Shown here: positions 30,259 to 39,600 of the stretch, piece by piece
Numbering within the stretch: the first letter of the stretch is position 1
Layout of the letters: the number at the start of each line of letters is the position of its first letter
Assembly: GCA_963790205.1 (NCBI GenBank)
Contig: CAWBNQ010000001.1
Span: 992,001-1,056,000 of the forward strand
Direction of reading: 5' to 3'
DNA: 64,000 nt
Origin: Nitrospirota bacterium
GTDB lineage: Bacteria; Nitrospirota; UBA9217
Notes under the pieces: model-generated
What the model saw: the letters and a program-made list of their open reading frames with translations, nothing else
What the model was told of the DNA's origin: nothing
Database searches by the model: none
Program-made: the position numbers and the translations under genes

Positions 30259-32502
30259 ATGCCCAGAACATCAAAAATAGTATTCTACGCCCTCGCGGGC
30301 GCTTTCGGCGGGGCCGCGGCGTGGGTGTTCGTGCTGTTCCTGTCAAGCGTCTCCGAAGGAGGGCTCCGAACAGAGGTCCTGCTCGGCGCCCTTTCGGGCA
30401 TGTTCATAGGCGCGTTCATCTGGAGCCATGAGATGATCACAGGAAGGCAATTCAAAGCCGCGGTCAAACGCGCCGGTTTCGGCGCCGCAGCAGGGATCCT
30501 CGGCGGAGCCCTGGGTGCGGCACTGGGCAATACGATCTTCACGGCCCTCGGCAAATTCGTTGCCGATGCCGGAGGAATCCGGGCCTCAGCGGGCCTGGCC
30601 CTTGCGGTAGGCCTCGGCTGGTCCGTCCTCGGCGCAACCGTGGGCCTCTCCGGGGGTCTGATGGTGCGTTCCCGGGAACGTACCCTCTATGGACTGGCAG
30701 GCGGCTCGCTCGGCGGGCTTATCGGCGGGCTCGTGTTCTACGGCCTGTCGGCAACCTCGCTCTGGTCGTCCCTGGCAGGCTTGTTCCTGCTCGGAATGTC
30801 GATCGGGGCTTTCATCAGTCTCGTTGAAGAGGCGTTCGTATCGGCAAAGGTGAAGGTTATCAAGGGAAGGCACATCAACAGGGAGTTCCCGCTTTTGAAG
30901 GAATTAAACGTCGTGGGCAGGGACGACCGTTCCGACGTCTGTCTCTCGGGCGCGGAAGGGGTCGGCATGCACCATGCGATCATCAAACGGACGAACGGTC
31001 ATTTTGCCGTCGAAAGCGACGAGGAGGGAAAGGTCGTGTACGTGAACCAGAAAATGACAACCAGCAGCAGCCTTCGTGACGGCGATGTGATCCGCGTCGG
31101 CAGCATCCTCCTTATGTTCAACGCAGTAAGGAAGGCCGCGGCAGTCGCGATCGCCGCCGGTATCCTGTTCATCGGCCTGAACAGCTCGACTGCGGGAGAG
31201 CCGGCCCGGATGCAGATCACCCAGTTCGACCTTTCGGGCTTTCCCACGGTCAAGGCTTACGTATCCATCCTGGACAAGGACGGCAAGCCCGTGCGCGGGC
31301 TCGACCAGCGCATCCTGTCCCTCAAGGAGAACGGTCTTCACGCGGACATCCGCGATATGAGCATGGCGGGGATCAACGGACAAAAAAAAGAGCCGCTGTC
31401 AATAGCCCTGGTGATCGACCGGAGCGGTTCGATGGCAGGAGAAAAGCTGGCCCGGGCAAAGGAGTCAGTCATCAGGTTCCTTTCGCTCATGGAAAAAGGC
31501 GACCGGGCGGCCCTTTTCGCGTTCAGTGACCGGGTGACGGAACTCGTGCCGCTCACCGACAATGTCGAGTCGCTGAAGACCTCGGTGTCCGCCATCGAGG
31601 CGGACGGTCATACGGCGCTCTATGACGCCATTTCCCAGGGCGTGGATTCCCTCAAGGCGGAACCGGGCCGCAAGGCAGTGATCGTGCTCACCGACGGGAT
31701 CGCGAACCGGGGCGTGATCGACATCGCCCAGGCGATCACGGCCGGGTTCAAGTCCTACGTCTCGGTCTACACCATCGGCATCGGCGAGGACGTCCGGACG
31801 GACCGGCTCGAGCGGATCGCGGAAGAGACCGGCGGCACGTATTTCTTCACACCGTCGCCCGACAGGCTGGTATCGATCTATGAAACCATCAGCCACCGGA
31901 TCAAAAACGAGTACGCGATTACGTACGGCACGGACCGGCGCAAAGAGTTCCTCCGGACGGTATCGCTCGAACTGAAGGGCGGGCCTGTTGCCGAGCGGGC
32001 ATACTTCCAGCCGCAATCGTCGCTTTTCGGCGCGGCCGGAAAACCGCCCCGGTGGGCATATGGTGTTCCCCTTTTGGGACTCCTGGGACTCGTTGCCCTG
32101 TCGCTCAGAAAGATCGAGCAGGAGTATGAGACCGCCCACTTAAGTCTCGTGCGCGGCAGGGGAACGAGAAAGGACATCGACATCAGGGACACGGTGACCA
32201 TCGGCAGGGACGAACGAAACACCATCGGACTTTTTAAGGACGACCTTATCGCGCAGCAGCATGCCGAGTTCATCAATGAGAACGGACGCACTGTTGTCGC
32301 GGACAAGGGGTCCGCAACCGGCACGTTCGTGAACAAGAAAAAGGTAACGGGCAGGCAGGCGCTCAAGGACGGCGACGTCATTGACGTTGGAAAGGCCACG
32401 ATCGTGTTCAGCGAGGGAAGCACGAGGACCTGCAAGGACTGCGGAGAGCCGGTAAGGGAAGGGGCGAAGTTCTGCCCAAAGTGCGGGGTGAAGGCGGCGT
32501 AG
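30259..32502 (+). CDS. Multi-pass membrane FHA-VWA-FHA-zinc ribbon protein
   Basis: Gly-rich TMs; VGR..HHA FHA-like; TM; DRSGSM/LTDG VWA; TM; IGR..QHA..SATGT FHA; CKDC..CPKC. Confidence 0.88.
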   Translation: MPRTSKIVFYALAGAFGGAAAWVFVLFLSSVSEGGLRTEVLLGALSGMFIGAFIWSHEMITGRQFKAAVKRAGFGAAAGILGGALGAALGNTIFTALGKFVADAGGIRASAGLALAVGLGWSVLGATVGLSGGLMVRSRERTLYGLAGGSLGGLIGGLVFYGLSATSLWSSLAGLFLLGMSIGAFISLVEEAFVSAKVKVIKGRHINREFPLLKELNVVGRDDRSDVCLSGAEGVGMHHAIIKRTNGHFAVESDEEGKVVYVNQKMTTSSSLRDGDVIRVGSILLMFNAVRKAAAVAIAAGILFIGLNSSTAGEPARMQITQFDLSGFPTVKAYVSILDKDGKPVRGLDQRILSLKENGLHADIRDMSMAGINGQKKEPLSIALVIDRSGSMAGEKLARAKESVIRFLSLMEKGDRAALFAFSDRVTELVPLTDNVESLKTSVSAIEADGHTALYDAISQGVDSLKAEPGRKAVIVLTDGIANRGVIDIAQAITAGFKSYVSVYTIGIGEDVRTDRLERIAEETGGTYFFTPSPDRLVSIYETISHRIKNEYAITYGTDRRKEFLRTVSLELKGGPVAERAYFQPQSSLFGAAGKPPRWAYGVPLLGLLGLVALSLRKIEQEYETAHLSLVRGRGTRKDIDIRDTVTIGRDERNTIGLFKDDLIAQQHAEFINENGRTVVADKGSATGTFVNKKKVTGRQALKDGDVIDVGKATIVFSEGSTRTCKDCGEPVREGAKFCPKCGVKAA

Positions 32503-32574
32503 CTTTTTGCCACGAAGGCACCAAGTTAAATGAATTTGAGTTTCTTCGTGTCTTTGTAGCTCAAGTATTTTACC

Positions 32575-33774
32575 ATGAAAAAGCTTCTCAAAAAAAGATA
32601 CGAGATCAAGGGCGTGCTCGGCAGGGGCGGGATGGGGTGCGTGTACAAGGTCGTGGACCGTTCCGAGAGAGGAAGGGTTCTGGCAGTCAAAGAGCTCCAG
32701 GTCGGAACTATCAGCACGGAAAAGCTCCAGGAAGCCGTCACTCAGTTTCAGACCGAGGCAAGAATCCTTGCGCGGCTCACGCATCCGAACATCCCGAAGG
32801 TCTATGATTACTTCTCGCTCCGCGGCGCGTACTATATCGTCATGGAATATATCGAAGGCACGACGCTGGAACAGCTCCTTGCAGCGCGGCAGGGCAAACC
32901 GGTCAATGAGCGTCTGGCGCTTTCGTGGGCGCTTCAGATCTGCCGTGCCATGCACTTTTTGAGCGTGCAGAAGCCGCAGCCGATCGTTTTCCGGGACCTG
33001 AAGCCTTCGAATATCATGATCAGCCGCGACGGGAGGGTGAAACTGATCGACTTCGGCATCGCCCGCTTCTTTAAAGAGGAAAAGCTCGAGGACACGTTCG
33101 TGTACGGCACGCCGGGCTATGCCTCGCCCGAGCAGTACGGTTCCGGCCAGACCGACGCGCGCTCGGACATCTTCTCTCTGGGCGCGACGCTCCATCACGC
33201 TCTCACCGGAAGGAGCCCGTCATTGAGCCCCCTGGATTTTCCGGACCCGCGGGAATTGAATCCGAAGCTGAGCCGGGAGACATCGGCCATTATCAGGAAG
33301 GCGCTCTCGCCGCATATGGAAAAACGATATCAGAGCGCGTTGGAAATGAAAATGGCTGTCCAGAAAGTACTGCTCGCCTTACCTGCTACGGTAAAGGGAA
33401 CAAAAAAGATCATTTACGCCAGACCGGGGAAAATGGTCAAGCTTCCGTGGTGGAGAAAGGTCTCCTGGGTGAGCGTGCCGGTGATGACGCTCGGCTTGAG
33501 CGGGACCACGGGGACCCTCACGACGGACGATCTGTGGATAAAGCCAAGGATGGGAGACTTCGGCCCGTCCGCAGCGCGGCTGCTGTTTCGCGTGGAGACC
33601 GGCATGCTGAAACCGGGCAGGCAGTACCGGCCCCACATCACGATACGGACCGACGCGGGGACCATCCGGCCCCAGCTCCTGTTCAGAAAGCCGTGGCCGT
33701 GGTCCCTTATCGGAGCAGCAGTGGGAGCAGCAGTGATCGCAGTGGCGCTCGCGCTTGCCGCCATGATGAAATAA
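32575..33774 (+). CDS. Hanks-type Ser/Thr protein kinase with C-terminal TM
   Basis: GRGGMG, AVK, FRDLKPSN, DFG, GTPGYASPE. Confidence 0.96.
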   Translation: MKKLLKKRYEIKGVLGRGGMGCVYKVVDRSERGRVLAVKELQVGTISTEKLQEAVTQFQTEARILARLTHPNIPKVYDYFSLRGAYYIVMEYIEGTTLEQLLAARQGKPVNERLALSWALQICRAMHFLSVQKPQPIVFRDLKPSNIMISRDGRVKLIDFGIARFFKEEKLEDTFVYGTPGYASPEQYGSGQTDARSDIFSLGATLHHALTGRSPSLSPLDFPDPRELNPKLSRETSAIIRKALSPHMEKRYQSALEMKMAVQKVLLALPATVKGTKKIIYARPGKMVKLPWWRKVSWVSVPVMTLGLSGTTGTLTTDDLWIKPRMGDFGPSAARLLFRVETGMLKPGRQYRPHITIRTDAGTIRPQLLFRKPWPWSLIGAAVGAAVIAVALALAAMMK

Positions 33775-33907
33775 GAAAATGTCTTCTGTTCCCTGCATCT
33801 TCTTGTGCGCAGTTTCCGCGGGCCCTCTTTATTTTTCCCCTTGTCTTTTCCCGCTGCTTATAGTAGTTTCTTTGAAAAGAACGGTTCTCCGAACGCTACA
33901 TTTAAAA

Positions 33908-34744
33908 ATGGAAAACGAAAGGAGATTGGACGTGTCTCATCGAAGAAAATTTACGGCAATAGCAATACTGTGTTTTGTGTTTGCGAGCGCGGAAAGCGGT
34001 TTCGCCGAAGAATTAAAGAAATATACAGGGGAAGTAGGACCCGAGATATCGTATTTTGCATATGAGGAACCTCATTTTGCGGAAACCAGGGGTTTTCTCG
34101 CGGGAATAGCCGGTTCCTTCACGTATCATGATAAGCTCATGCTAAAGGCGGAGGGCCGGTTCAGTTTCGGCAGCCTCTATTACACTTCTCCCGACAGCGG
34201 AACGATGGAAAACATACCGGATTATATAGGGGAGTTCAGGGGGTTAAGCGGTTATGATTTTTCGCTCCAGTCCGGATCCATCCTTACGCCGTATCTGGGT
34301 CTAGGATATCGATACTTGAATGACGACAGCTCCGGGAAGGTCACTTCCCTGGGCGCTCTTGGATATGAACGGGAATCAAATTATTATTACAGCCCCGTAG
34401 GAGTAAAGTTTACTACCAATACAAAGACCGGCTGGTCGACCGAGGCAACGGCCGAGTATGACATTTTCTGGTGGGGAAAACAGATAAGTCATCTGAGCGA
34501 CGCCAATCCCGGTCTGAATGACCCTAAAAACCGCCAAAAACGGGGTTACGGTTTGAGAGGCTCGGTAGCGTTTCGAACGAAGGTCGATGATTTTGCTTAT
34601 TCGATAGAGCCTTTCATACGATATTGGAACATCAAGGACTCCGAACTCGCTACCTTGACCTATTTGGGCTCAATAGCCGGCGTGGGGTTTGAGCCGGCAA
34701 ATCACTCCGCAGAATACGGTGTCAACTTTTTGGTTCGGTTCTGA
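33908..34744 (+). CDS. Outer-membrane beta-barrel protein
   Basis: Signal peptide, alternating aromatic strands, C-terminal VRF; start uncertain. Confidence 0.7.
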   Translation: MENERRLDVSHRRKFTAIAILCFVFASAESGFAEELKKYTGEVGPEISYFAYEEPHFAETRGFLAGIAGSFTYHDKLMLKAEGRFSFGSLYYTSPDSGTMENIPDYIGEFRGLSGYDFSLQSGSILTPYLGLGYRYLNDDSSGKVTSLGALGYERESNYYYSPVGVKFTTNTKTGWSTEATAEYDIFWWGKQISHLSDANPGLNDPKNRQKRGYGLRGSVAFRTKVDDFAYSIEPFIRYWNIKDSELATLTYLGSIAGVGFEPANHSAEYGVNFLVRF

Positions 34745-34911
34745 ACCCGTGAGAGGCTGCTGGAAAACTTTTTGAACGTCATTGAGCGGCGCCTTTTTAC
34801 GACGAGGCAATCGTGAAGCGATCGTCTTCATGAACAGAACGATTGCGTCGCTTCTCCCGCAAAAACACCTTTCCCGGCTTTTCACGGGAGATCAAGATTA
34901 AGGGAAACATC

Positions 34912-36258
34912 TTAGTCCCTCATCCCGTACTTCTTTATCTTTTCATACAGGGTGGAATAGGCAATGCCGAGGACCTTCGCTGCTTCGGTCTTGTTTCCGG
35001 AGACCGACCTGAGCGTAGCGTGGATCGCGGCCTTTTCGATCTCCTCGAGCGTTTTACCGCTCAGGCCTTCGAGGGTGTCCGTTTTCCTCCCCTGGGACAG
35101 GAAGAGGTCCCTGACCTCGATCCGGCTGCCGTTGCTCAAAGCCGCTGCGCGACCGAGGACGTTCTTGAGCTCGCGCACGTTGCCCGGCCACGGGTACGCG
35201 CGAAGCGCTTCCGCGGCTTCCGGCGAGAGTCCCTGAAGTCTCTTGCCCGTGTCGGCAAATATCCCGTCAAGCAGCTGCTCGGCGATCGGCTCGATGTCTT
35301 CCTTATGTTTTCGGAGGGGGAGGAGAGAGACGCTGACGGCGGAGAGACGGTAAAAAAGGTCTTCGCGAAAACGACCGGCCTTTACTTCTTTTTCCAGATC
35401 GCGGTTGGTGGCCGCGACCACCCTCACGTTCACCTTGAGCGCCTGATCGGCGCCGACCCGCTTCACTTCGTGCTGATCAAGGGCGCGAAGAAGCTTGGGC
35501 TGAAGGGCCGGCGTAAGCTCGCCGATCTCGTCCAGGAACAAGGTGCCGCCATCAGCCAGTTCGATGGCCCCCTGGCGGGACTTGACCGCGTCGGTGAAAG
35601 CCCCCTTTTCGTGGCCGAACAGTTCGCTCTCGATCAGGGTCGGGGCCACGGCGCCGCAGTCGAACACGACAAACGGCTTGTCGGCCCTGCGGCTGCTGCT
35701 GTGGATGGCCCGCGCCGCGAGCTCTTTTCCCGTACCGGTCTCTCCTTGGATGAGCACGGCGATGTCCGTGGGCGCTACGCGTTCGAGGATGCCGAAGATC
35801 TCCCGCATGGGCAGTGACGGGCCGATAAGATCGCCGAAGCGGTCCGCGGAGCTTTGCACGGTCTCGATCCGTTCCTCCAGAGGAGAAAAAGCTATATCCG
35901 TCTCTCCCAGTCGGATCGCGGAGCCCGCGGCCAGATATCCTTCCCGTATCCGCGCGCCCTCGAGGAACGTGCCGTTGGTGCTGCCCAGGTCGCGCAGAAC
36001 GTAGCCATCGGCTTTTTCTTCAACTACAGCATGATGTCGGGAAATCGTGGGATCGGTGAGCACGAGGTCGTTCTCGGGAAGCGTGCCGATCGTGACAAGT
36101 GGTTTCTGGAGCACGATCTCCTTGCCCTTGTCCTTACCCCTGGTCACAACGAAGCGCGCCTTTTTCAGGATCAGCGGCCTCTGGATGGCCGCGGGCAGGA
36201 GTCGGGTCTGGTCACGGTCCTTCCCGGAGGTATCGCTTTTTTCGCTCTGTTTGGCCAT
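34912..36258 (-). CDS. FHA-domain sigma54-dependent transcriptional activator
   Basis: FHA (ISRHH, STNGT); GETGTGKE, ESELFGHEKGAFTDA, LFLDEIGE, WPGNVREL; Fis-type HTH. Confidence 0.95.
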   Translation of the reverse strand: MAKQSEKSDTSGKDRDQTRLLPAAIQRPLILKKARFVVTRGKDKGKEIVLQKPLVTIGTLPENDLVLTDPTISRHHAVVEEKADGYVLRDLGSTNGTFLEGARIREGYLAAGSAIRLGETDIAFSPLEERIETVQSSADRFGDLIGPSLPMREIFGILERVAPTDIAVLIQGETGTGKELAARAIHSSSRRADKPFVVFDCGAVAPTLIESELFGHEKGAFTDAVKSRQGAIELADGGTLFLDEIGELTPALQPKLLRALDQHEVKRVGADQALKVNVRVVAATNRDLEKEVKAGRFREDLFYRLSAVSVSLLPLRKHKEDIEPIAEQLLDGIFADTGKRLQGLSPEAAEALRAYPWPGNVRELKNVLGRAAALSNGSRIEVRDLFLSQGRKTDTLEGLSGKTLEEIEKAAIHATLRSVSGNKTEAAKVLGIAYSTLYEKIKKYGMRD

Positions 36259-36466
36259 GTCACAATTGTATCATACTGGGCCGGAGAGAACAAACTGTTC
36301 CTGGCGTCATTTTTTGCGGCGAATTGGAGGGAACCGATAATATCTCTTGACATGAACGGCAATTCAATTAAACTATTGTCAATTGTCCTAGCGACCAGTT
36401 TATGATAACAAGGATTTGAGGAAATAGGGTGACACTCCAAAGTTAGGTTTTGAAAGGAGTGTCATC

Positions 36467-38014
36467 ATGAAACCAGAAAAGAGTATACAGCAAGTAGGCA
36501 GGAAAAGGAAGTTCCCGAAACGAAGCAAGCGGTATGGACCGGATTTCAAGCTTCAAGTCGTCAAAAAGTTTGTTGAAGAAAGCGTCCCTGCTTCGGTGAT
36601 TCGGCAGGAATGCGGATTGAGCAGTGGGACGGTCGGGCGCTGGGTGCGCGACTATCGTCGTCATGGCGAAGCGGGGCTCGCAACGCATTACAGAGGTAAG
36701 GGGCGCAGTCTTCCTTCTCCGGTAAGGCAGAAGATCGTCGAGGTAAAAGAAGCCAACCCGCTCTTCGGCATCAAGCGCATTTCACAGGTTTTAAAGAGGG
36801 CGTTTTTTCTTTCCGCCAGCCCTGAAACAGTCCGCAAGACCCTTCACGATTCATCCCTCATCAAGTCCCCGCCTAAGAAGCGTCAGCGTAATATCACCCG
36901 TCCCCGTTTTTTCGAACGATCAACGCCGAACCAGCTGTGGCAAACGGACATCTTCACGTTCCGTCTTGGCGGCCACTATGCGTACCTGATCGGCTACATC
37001 GATGATTACTCCCGCTACATCACGGGGCTCGAGCTTTTCCGCACTCAGACGGGCCAGAACGTTATCGAGGTATACCGCCGGGCGTCCTCCGAGTACAACC
37101 CGCCGAAAGAGATGCTCACGGATAACGGGCGGCAGTATACGAGCTGGCGCGGGCACAGCCGTTTTGAGCTGGAGCTCAAGAAAGACAAGATCCACCACAT
37201 CAAATCCCAACCACACCACCCTATGACCCTGGGCAAAATCGAACGGTTCTGGAAGACGATCTACCTGGAGTTTCTTGTCAGAGCGCAGTTCGATAGCTTC
37301 GAGGACGCCGCCGAGCGGATACGGCAGTGGGTGAAGTATTACAACCACAAACGACCGCACCAGGGGATCGGCGGCCTGTGTCCCGCGGACCGGTATTTTG
37401 AGATCCAGAGCGAGCTCAGGAAGACGATCGAGCATGGCATCCAGGAGAATCTCCTCGAGATGGCGCTCCGCGGGAAGCCCAAGCTGCCGTTCTACATGGT
37501 GGGCCGCATGGAGGGGCAGTCGGTAGTGCTGCGGGCGGAAAAGGGCAAGCTGCGTCTATCGGTTGACGATGAAGAGGATGACACCACGCAGGAAGTAGTC
37601 TACAATCTAAACGAAGAAGGGGCCGGCCATGGAAAAAACGGAGAAGATAAAAAGCGAGAAGAAGCGGCAGATGACAAACCACGGGGCGATGGAGAAATGC
37701 CGGGCGGTTCTCTCAATATGGACGGAGCGGCGGAGGCCGGCGGAAGTATGCCGGGAGATGGGGATACCGTGGATGGTGCTCTCCCAGTGGCAGAAACGGG
37801 CGATGGAGGGAATGCTCCAGGCTCTGGAACCCCGGGTGATCCTGGACAAGGGGCCGGCGCTCAGCCCGCGGCTGCAGACGATGCTGGAGAAAAAGCGCCT
37901 GATGCTCCCGGTACAGAACAGGCTGGAAAAGACGCTGTCGAAGGCGCAGGAAGCAAGGAAACCGGAGAAGCTAAAGGACCTGAAGCCCGAAAGCTCCCCC
38001 CTGCGCAAGGCTGA
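36467..38014 (+). CDS. DDE transposase (HTH plus rve integrase core)
   Basis: PNQLWQTD, IDDYSR, TDNGRQY, GKIERFW, YNHKRPHQG. Confidence 0.92.
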   Translation: MKPEKSIQQVGRKRKFPKRSKRYGPDFKLQVVKKFVEESVPASVIRQECGLSSGTVGRWVRDYRRHGEAGLATHYRGKGRSLPSPVRQKIVEVKEANPLFGIKRISQVLKRAFFLSASPETVRKTLHDSSLIKSPPKKRQRNITRPRFFERSTPNQLWQTDIFTFRLGGHYAYLIGYIDDYSRYITGLELFRTQTGQNVIEVYRRASSEYNPPKEMLTDNGRQYTSWRGHSRFELELKKDKIHHIKSQPHHPMTLGKIERFWKTIYLEFLVRAQFDSFEDAAERIRQWVKYYNHKRPHQGIGGLCPADRYFEIQSELRKTIEHGIQENLLEMALRGKPKLPFYMVGRMEGQSVVLRAEKGKLRLSVDDEEDDTTQEVVYNLNEEGAGHGKNGEDKKREEAADDKPRGDGEMPGGSLNMDGAAEAGGSMPGDGDTVDGALPVAETGDGGNAPGSGTPGDPGQGAGAQPAAADDAGEKAPDAPGTEQAGKDAVEGAGSKETGEAKGPEARKLPPAQG

Positions 38015-38024
38015 GACCCCATAA
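37629..38024 (+). CDS. Small HTH-like protein overlapping the transposase 3' end
   Basis: KCRAVLSIW..PAEVCREMGI..LSQWQKRAMEGMLQAL, similar to the next ORF. Confidence 0.6.
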   Translation: MEKTEKIKSEKKRQMTNHGAMEKCRAVLSIWTERRRPAEVCREMGIPWMVLSQWQKRAMEGMLQALEPRVILDKGPALSPRLQTMLEKKRLMLPVQNRLEKTLSKAQEARKPEKLKDLKPESSPLRKAETP

Positions 38025-38041
38025 CGGAAAGGTCGGTGTGC

Positions 38042-38422
38042 ATGAGCGACTCAGAAGACAAGGAGCTTGCCCGAAAGCGGACTGCGGTGGTGTTTGCAGT
38101 GCGCAGCGGCCAGATCACGGCCGAGGAAGGCGCACGGAGGCTCGGCGTGTCGCGGAAGACCTACTACGAGTGGGAGCGCCGGGCATTACAGGCGATGACC
38201 GAGGCCATGGAGGATAAATCCCCTGGAAGGCCGAGTATACCGCAGGACGAGGAGAAACAGCGTTTACAGGAGCAAATCGCTGAGCTCCAGAACAAGCTCT
38301 TTGTCGCTAAGAAAACGGTAGAAGTGCGGGACATGCTGCACGCGTATGAACTCCACAATGCCCGTGTGAAAAAAAGAGCTGACGAGTCGGAGGAAAAAAA
38401 ACGAAAGCGAAGGAAGAAATGA
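38042..38422 (+). CDS. HTH domain protein of the element
   Basis: TAEEGARRLGVSRKTYYEWERRAL..PGRP, then coiled coil. Confidence 0.8.
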   Translation: MSDSEDKELARKRTAVVFAVRSGQITAEEGARRLGVSRKTYYEWERRALQAMTEAMEDKSPGRPSIPQDEEKQRLQEQIAELQNKLFVAKKTVEVRDMLHAYELHNARVKKRADESEEKKRKRRKK

Positions 38423-39459
38423 TAACCAGTATGCTTGCCGTTGTTGACCGGATGAGAGAGAAAACCGGTATGCACTACCAGGAGATCTGCAGTGCCGTGA
38501 GGCTCCCCTACCCGAGCTTTATCCGTTGGCGTCTGCGACAGAAGAACGCCACGCCCCTCGTGCGGCAACCGGGTCCTCCCAAGGTCAAGCCTCCGGATCT
38601 TGAGGGGATTACAGGGGATATCGCAAAGCTGTCTCACGGGCAGAGCCGCACGCAGGGCACGGGCGCATTATACGGGAGCCACGCGTCCTCTGTGTCACGG
38701 CGAGACCTGCAGAGCATCGCTATGGCGAGGCATGACCTCAATACACTCCATCGTCAGAATCTGCGGCGGATCAGCTGGAACGTGCCAAACGTCGCGTGGT
38801 CAATGGACCCCTGTGAATACAAACATCGTGACACAGACGGTGGCAAGGTGTACCTGAACCATATGCAGGACCTCGCGTCTCGCTACAAGTTCACTCCTAT
38901 GACGGGAGATGTGCCCTGCGGCGAAGAGATATCCGGCTATCTCGCAGCGACCTTCGATCGCTTCGGTGCGCCTCTGTTCCTCAAGCGCGACAATGGCGCG
39001 AACCTGAATCATGCAGCGGTCAATGCTGTGCTCGCCGACTACTTCGTCCTGCCGTTGAACAGTCCAGTCCATTATCCGCCCTACAACGGCGCGATCGAAG
39101 AGGCACAAACCGAGCTGAAGAACGGGCTTGCTGCAAAACTCTTGTATAAGTCCAGTTGTCCGCGCGAGCACATGGAGGCATATGCATCGACGGTTGAACA
39201 TGACCTTAACCACCAACCCCGTCCGTGCCTGCATGGCGGCAACGCCTGCCAAGTGTACTTCACGAACAAAAAAACGTTTACCAAATGGGAAAGGAGCGCT
39301 GCCTATGACTGGATGACAAACTTGCAAGGTGATATACTATGCAGTGATGGTAGTGTTCAGTCGCAAGCAGCCTGGCGGATCGCCGTCGAGGCCTGGCTGA
39401 GGATGAAAGGGTTTATTACCGTTACGATCAACGGAAAAGTGTCACCCAATTTTCTCTAG
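38419..39459 (+). CDS. Second integrase-core (DDE) protein
   Basis: PNVAWSMD, QDLASRY, KRDNGAN, YNGAIE. Confidence 0.82.
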   Translation: MITSMLAVVDRMREKTGMHYQEICSAVRLPYPSFIRWRLRQKNATPLVRQPGPPKVKPPDLEGITGDIAKLSHGQSRTQGTGALYGSHASSVSRRDLQSIAMARHDLNTLHRQNLRRISWNVPNVAWSMDPCEYKHRDTDGGKVYLNHMQDLASRYKFTPMTGDVPCGEEISGYLAATFDRFGAPLFLKRDNGANLNHAAVNAVLADYFVLPLNSPVHYPPYNGAIEEAQTELKNGLAAKLLYKSSCPREHMEAYASTVEHDLNHQPRPCLHGGNACQVYFTNKKTFTKWERSAAYDWMTNLQGDILCSDGSVQSQAAWRIAVEAWLRMKGFITVTINGKVSPNFL

Positions 39460-39600
39460 GATTTTTATCATAAACTGCTAGCGTGCACATGGTCACGGCA
39501 CTCATTTTTGCACTCTGTTGGCTCGGGGAAATATGTTTTGCAGGTTTTTAAAGAAAGCGAGAGTTTTACGTCTTAGTCAGTTGGTTGTGCAAGCGAAAAA

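Larger units (their letters stand above)
36384..39489 (+). mobile_element. 3.1-kb IS481-like element with about 53-bp imperfect terminal inverted repeats
   Basis: TGT...ACA ends; both ends share CAGTTTATGATAA and GGGTGACACT; encloses two integrase-core ORFs; no clear target duplication. Confidence 0.8.

Noticed and set aside
27350..33774. Type VI secretion (PpkA/PppA/Fha) assignment for the kinase cluster
   Set aside because: No T6SS structural genes in the window
36374..39499. Target-site duplication for the 3.1-kb element
   Set aside because: Flanks GTCAAT and TGGTCA do not match
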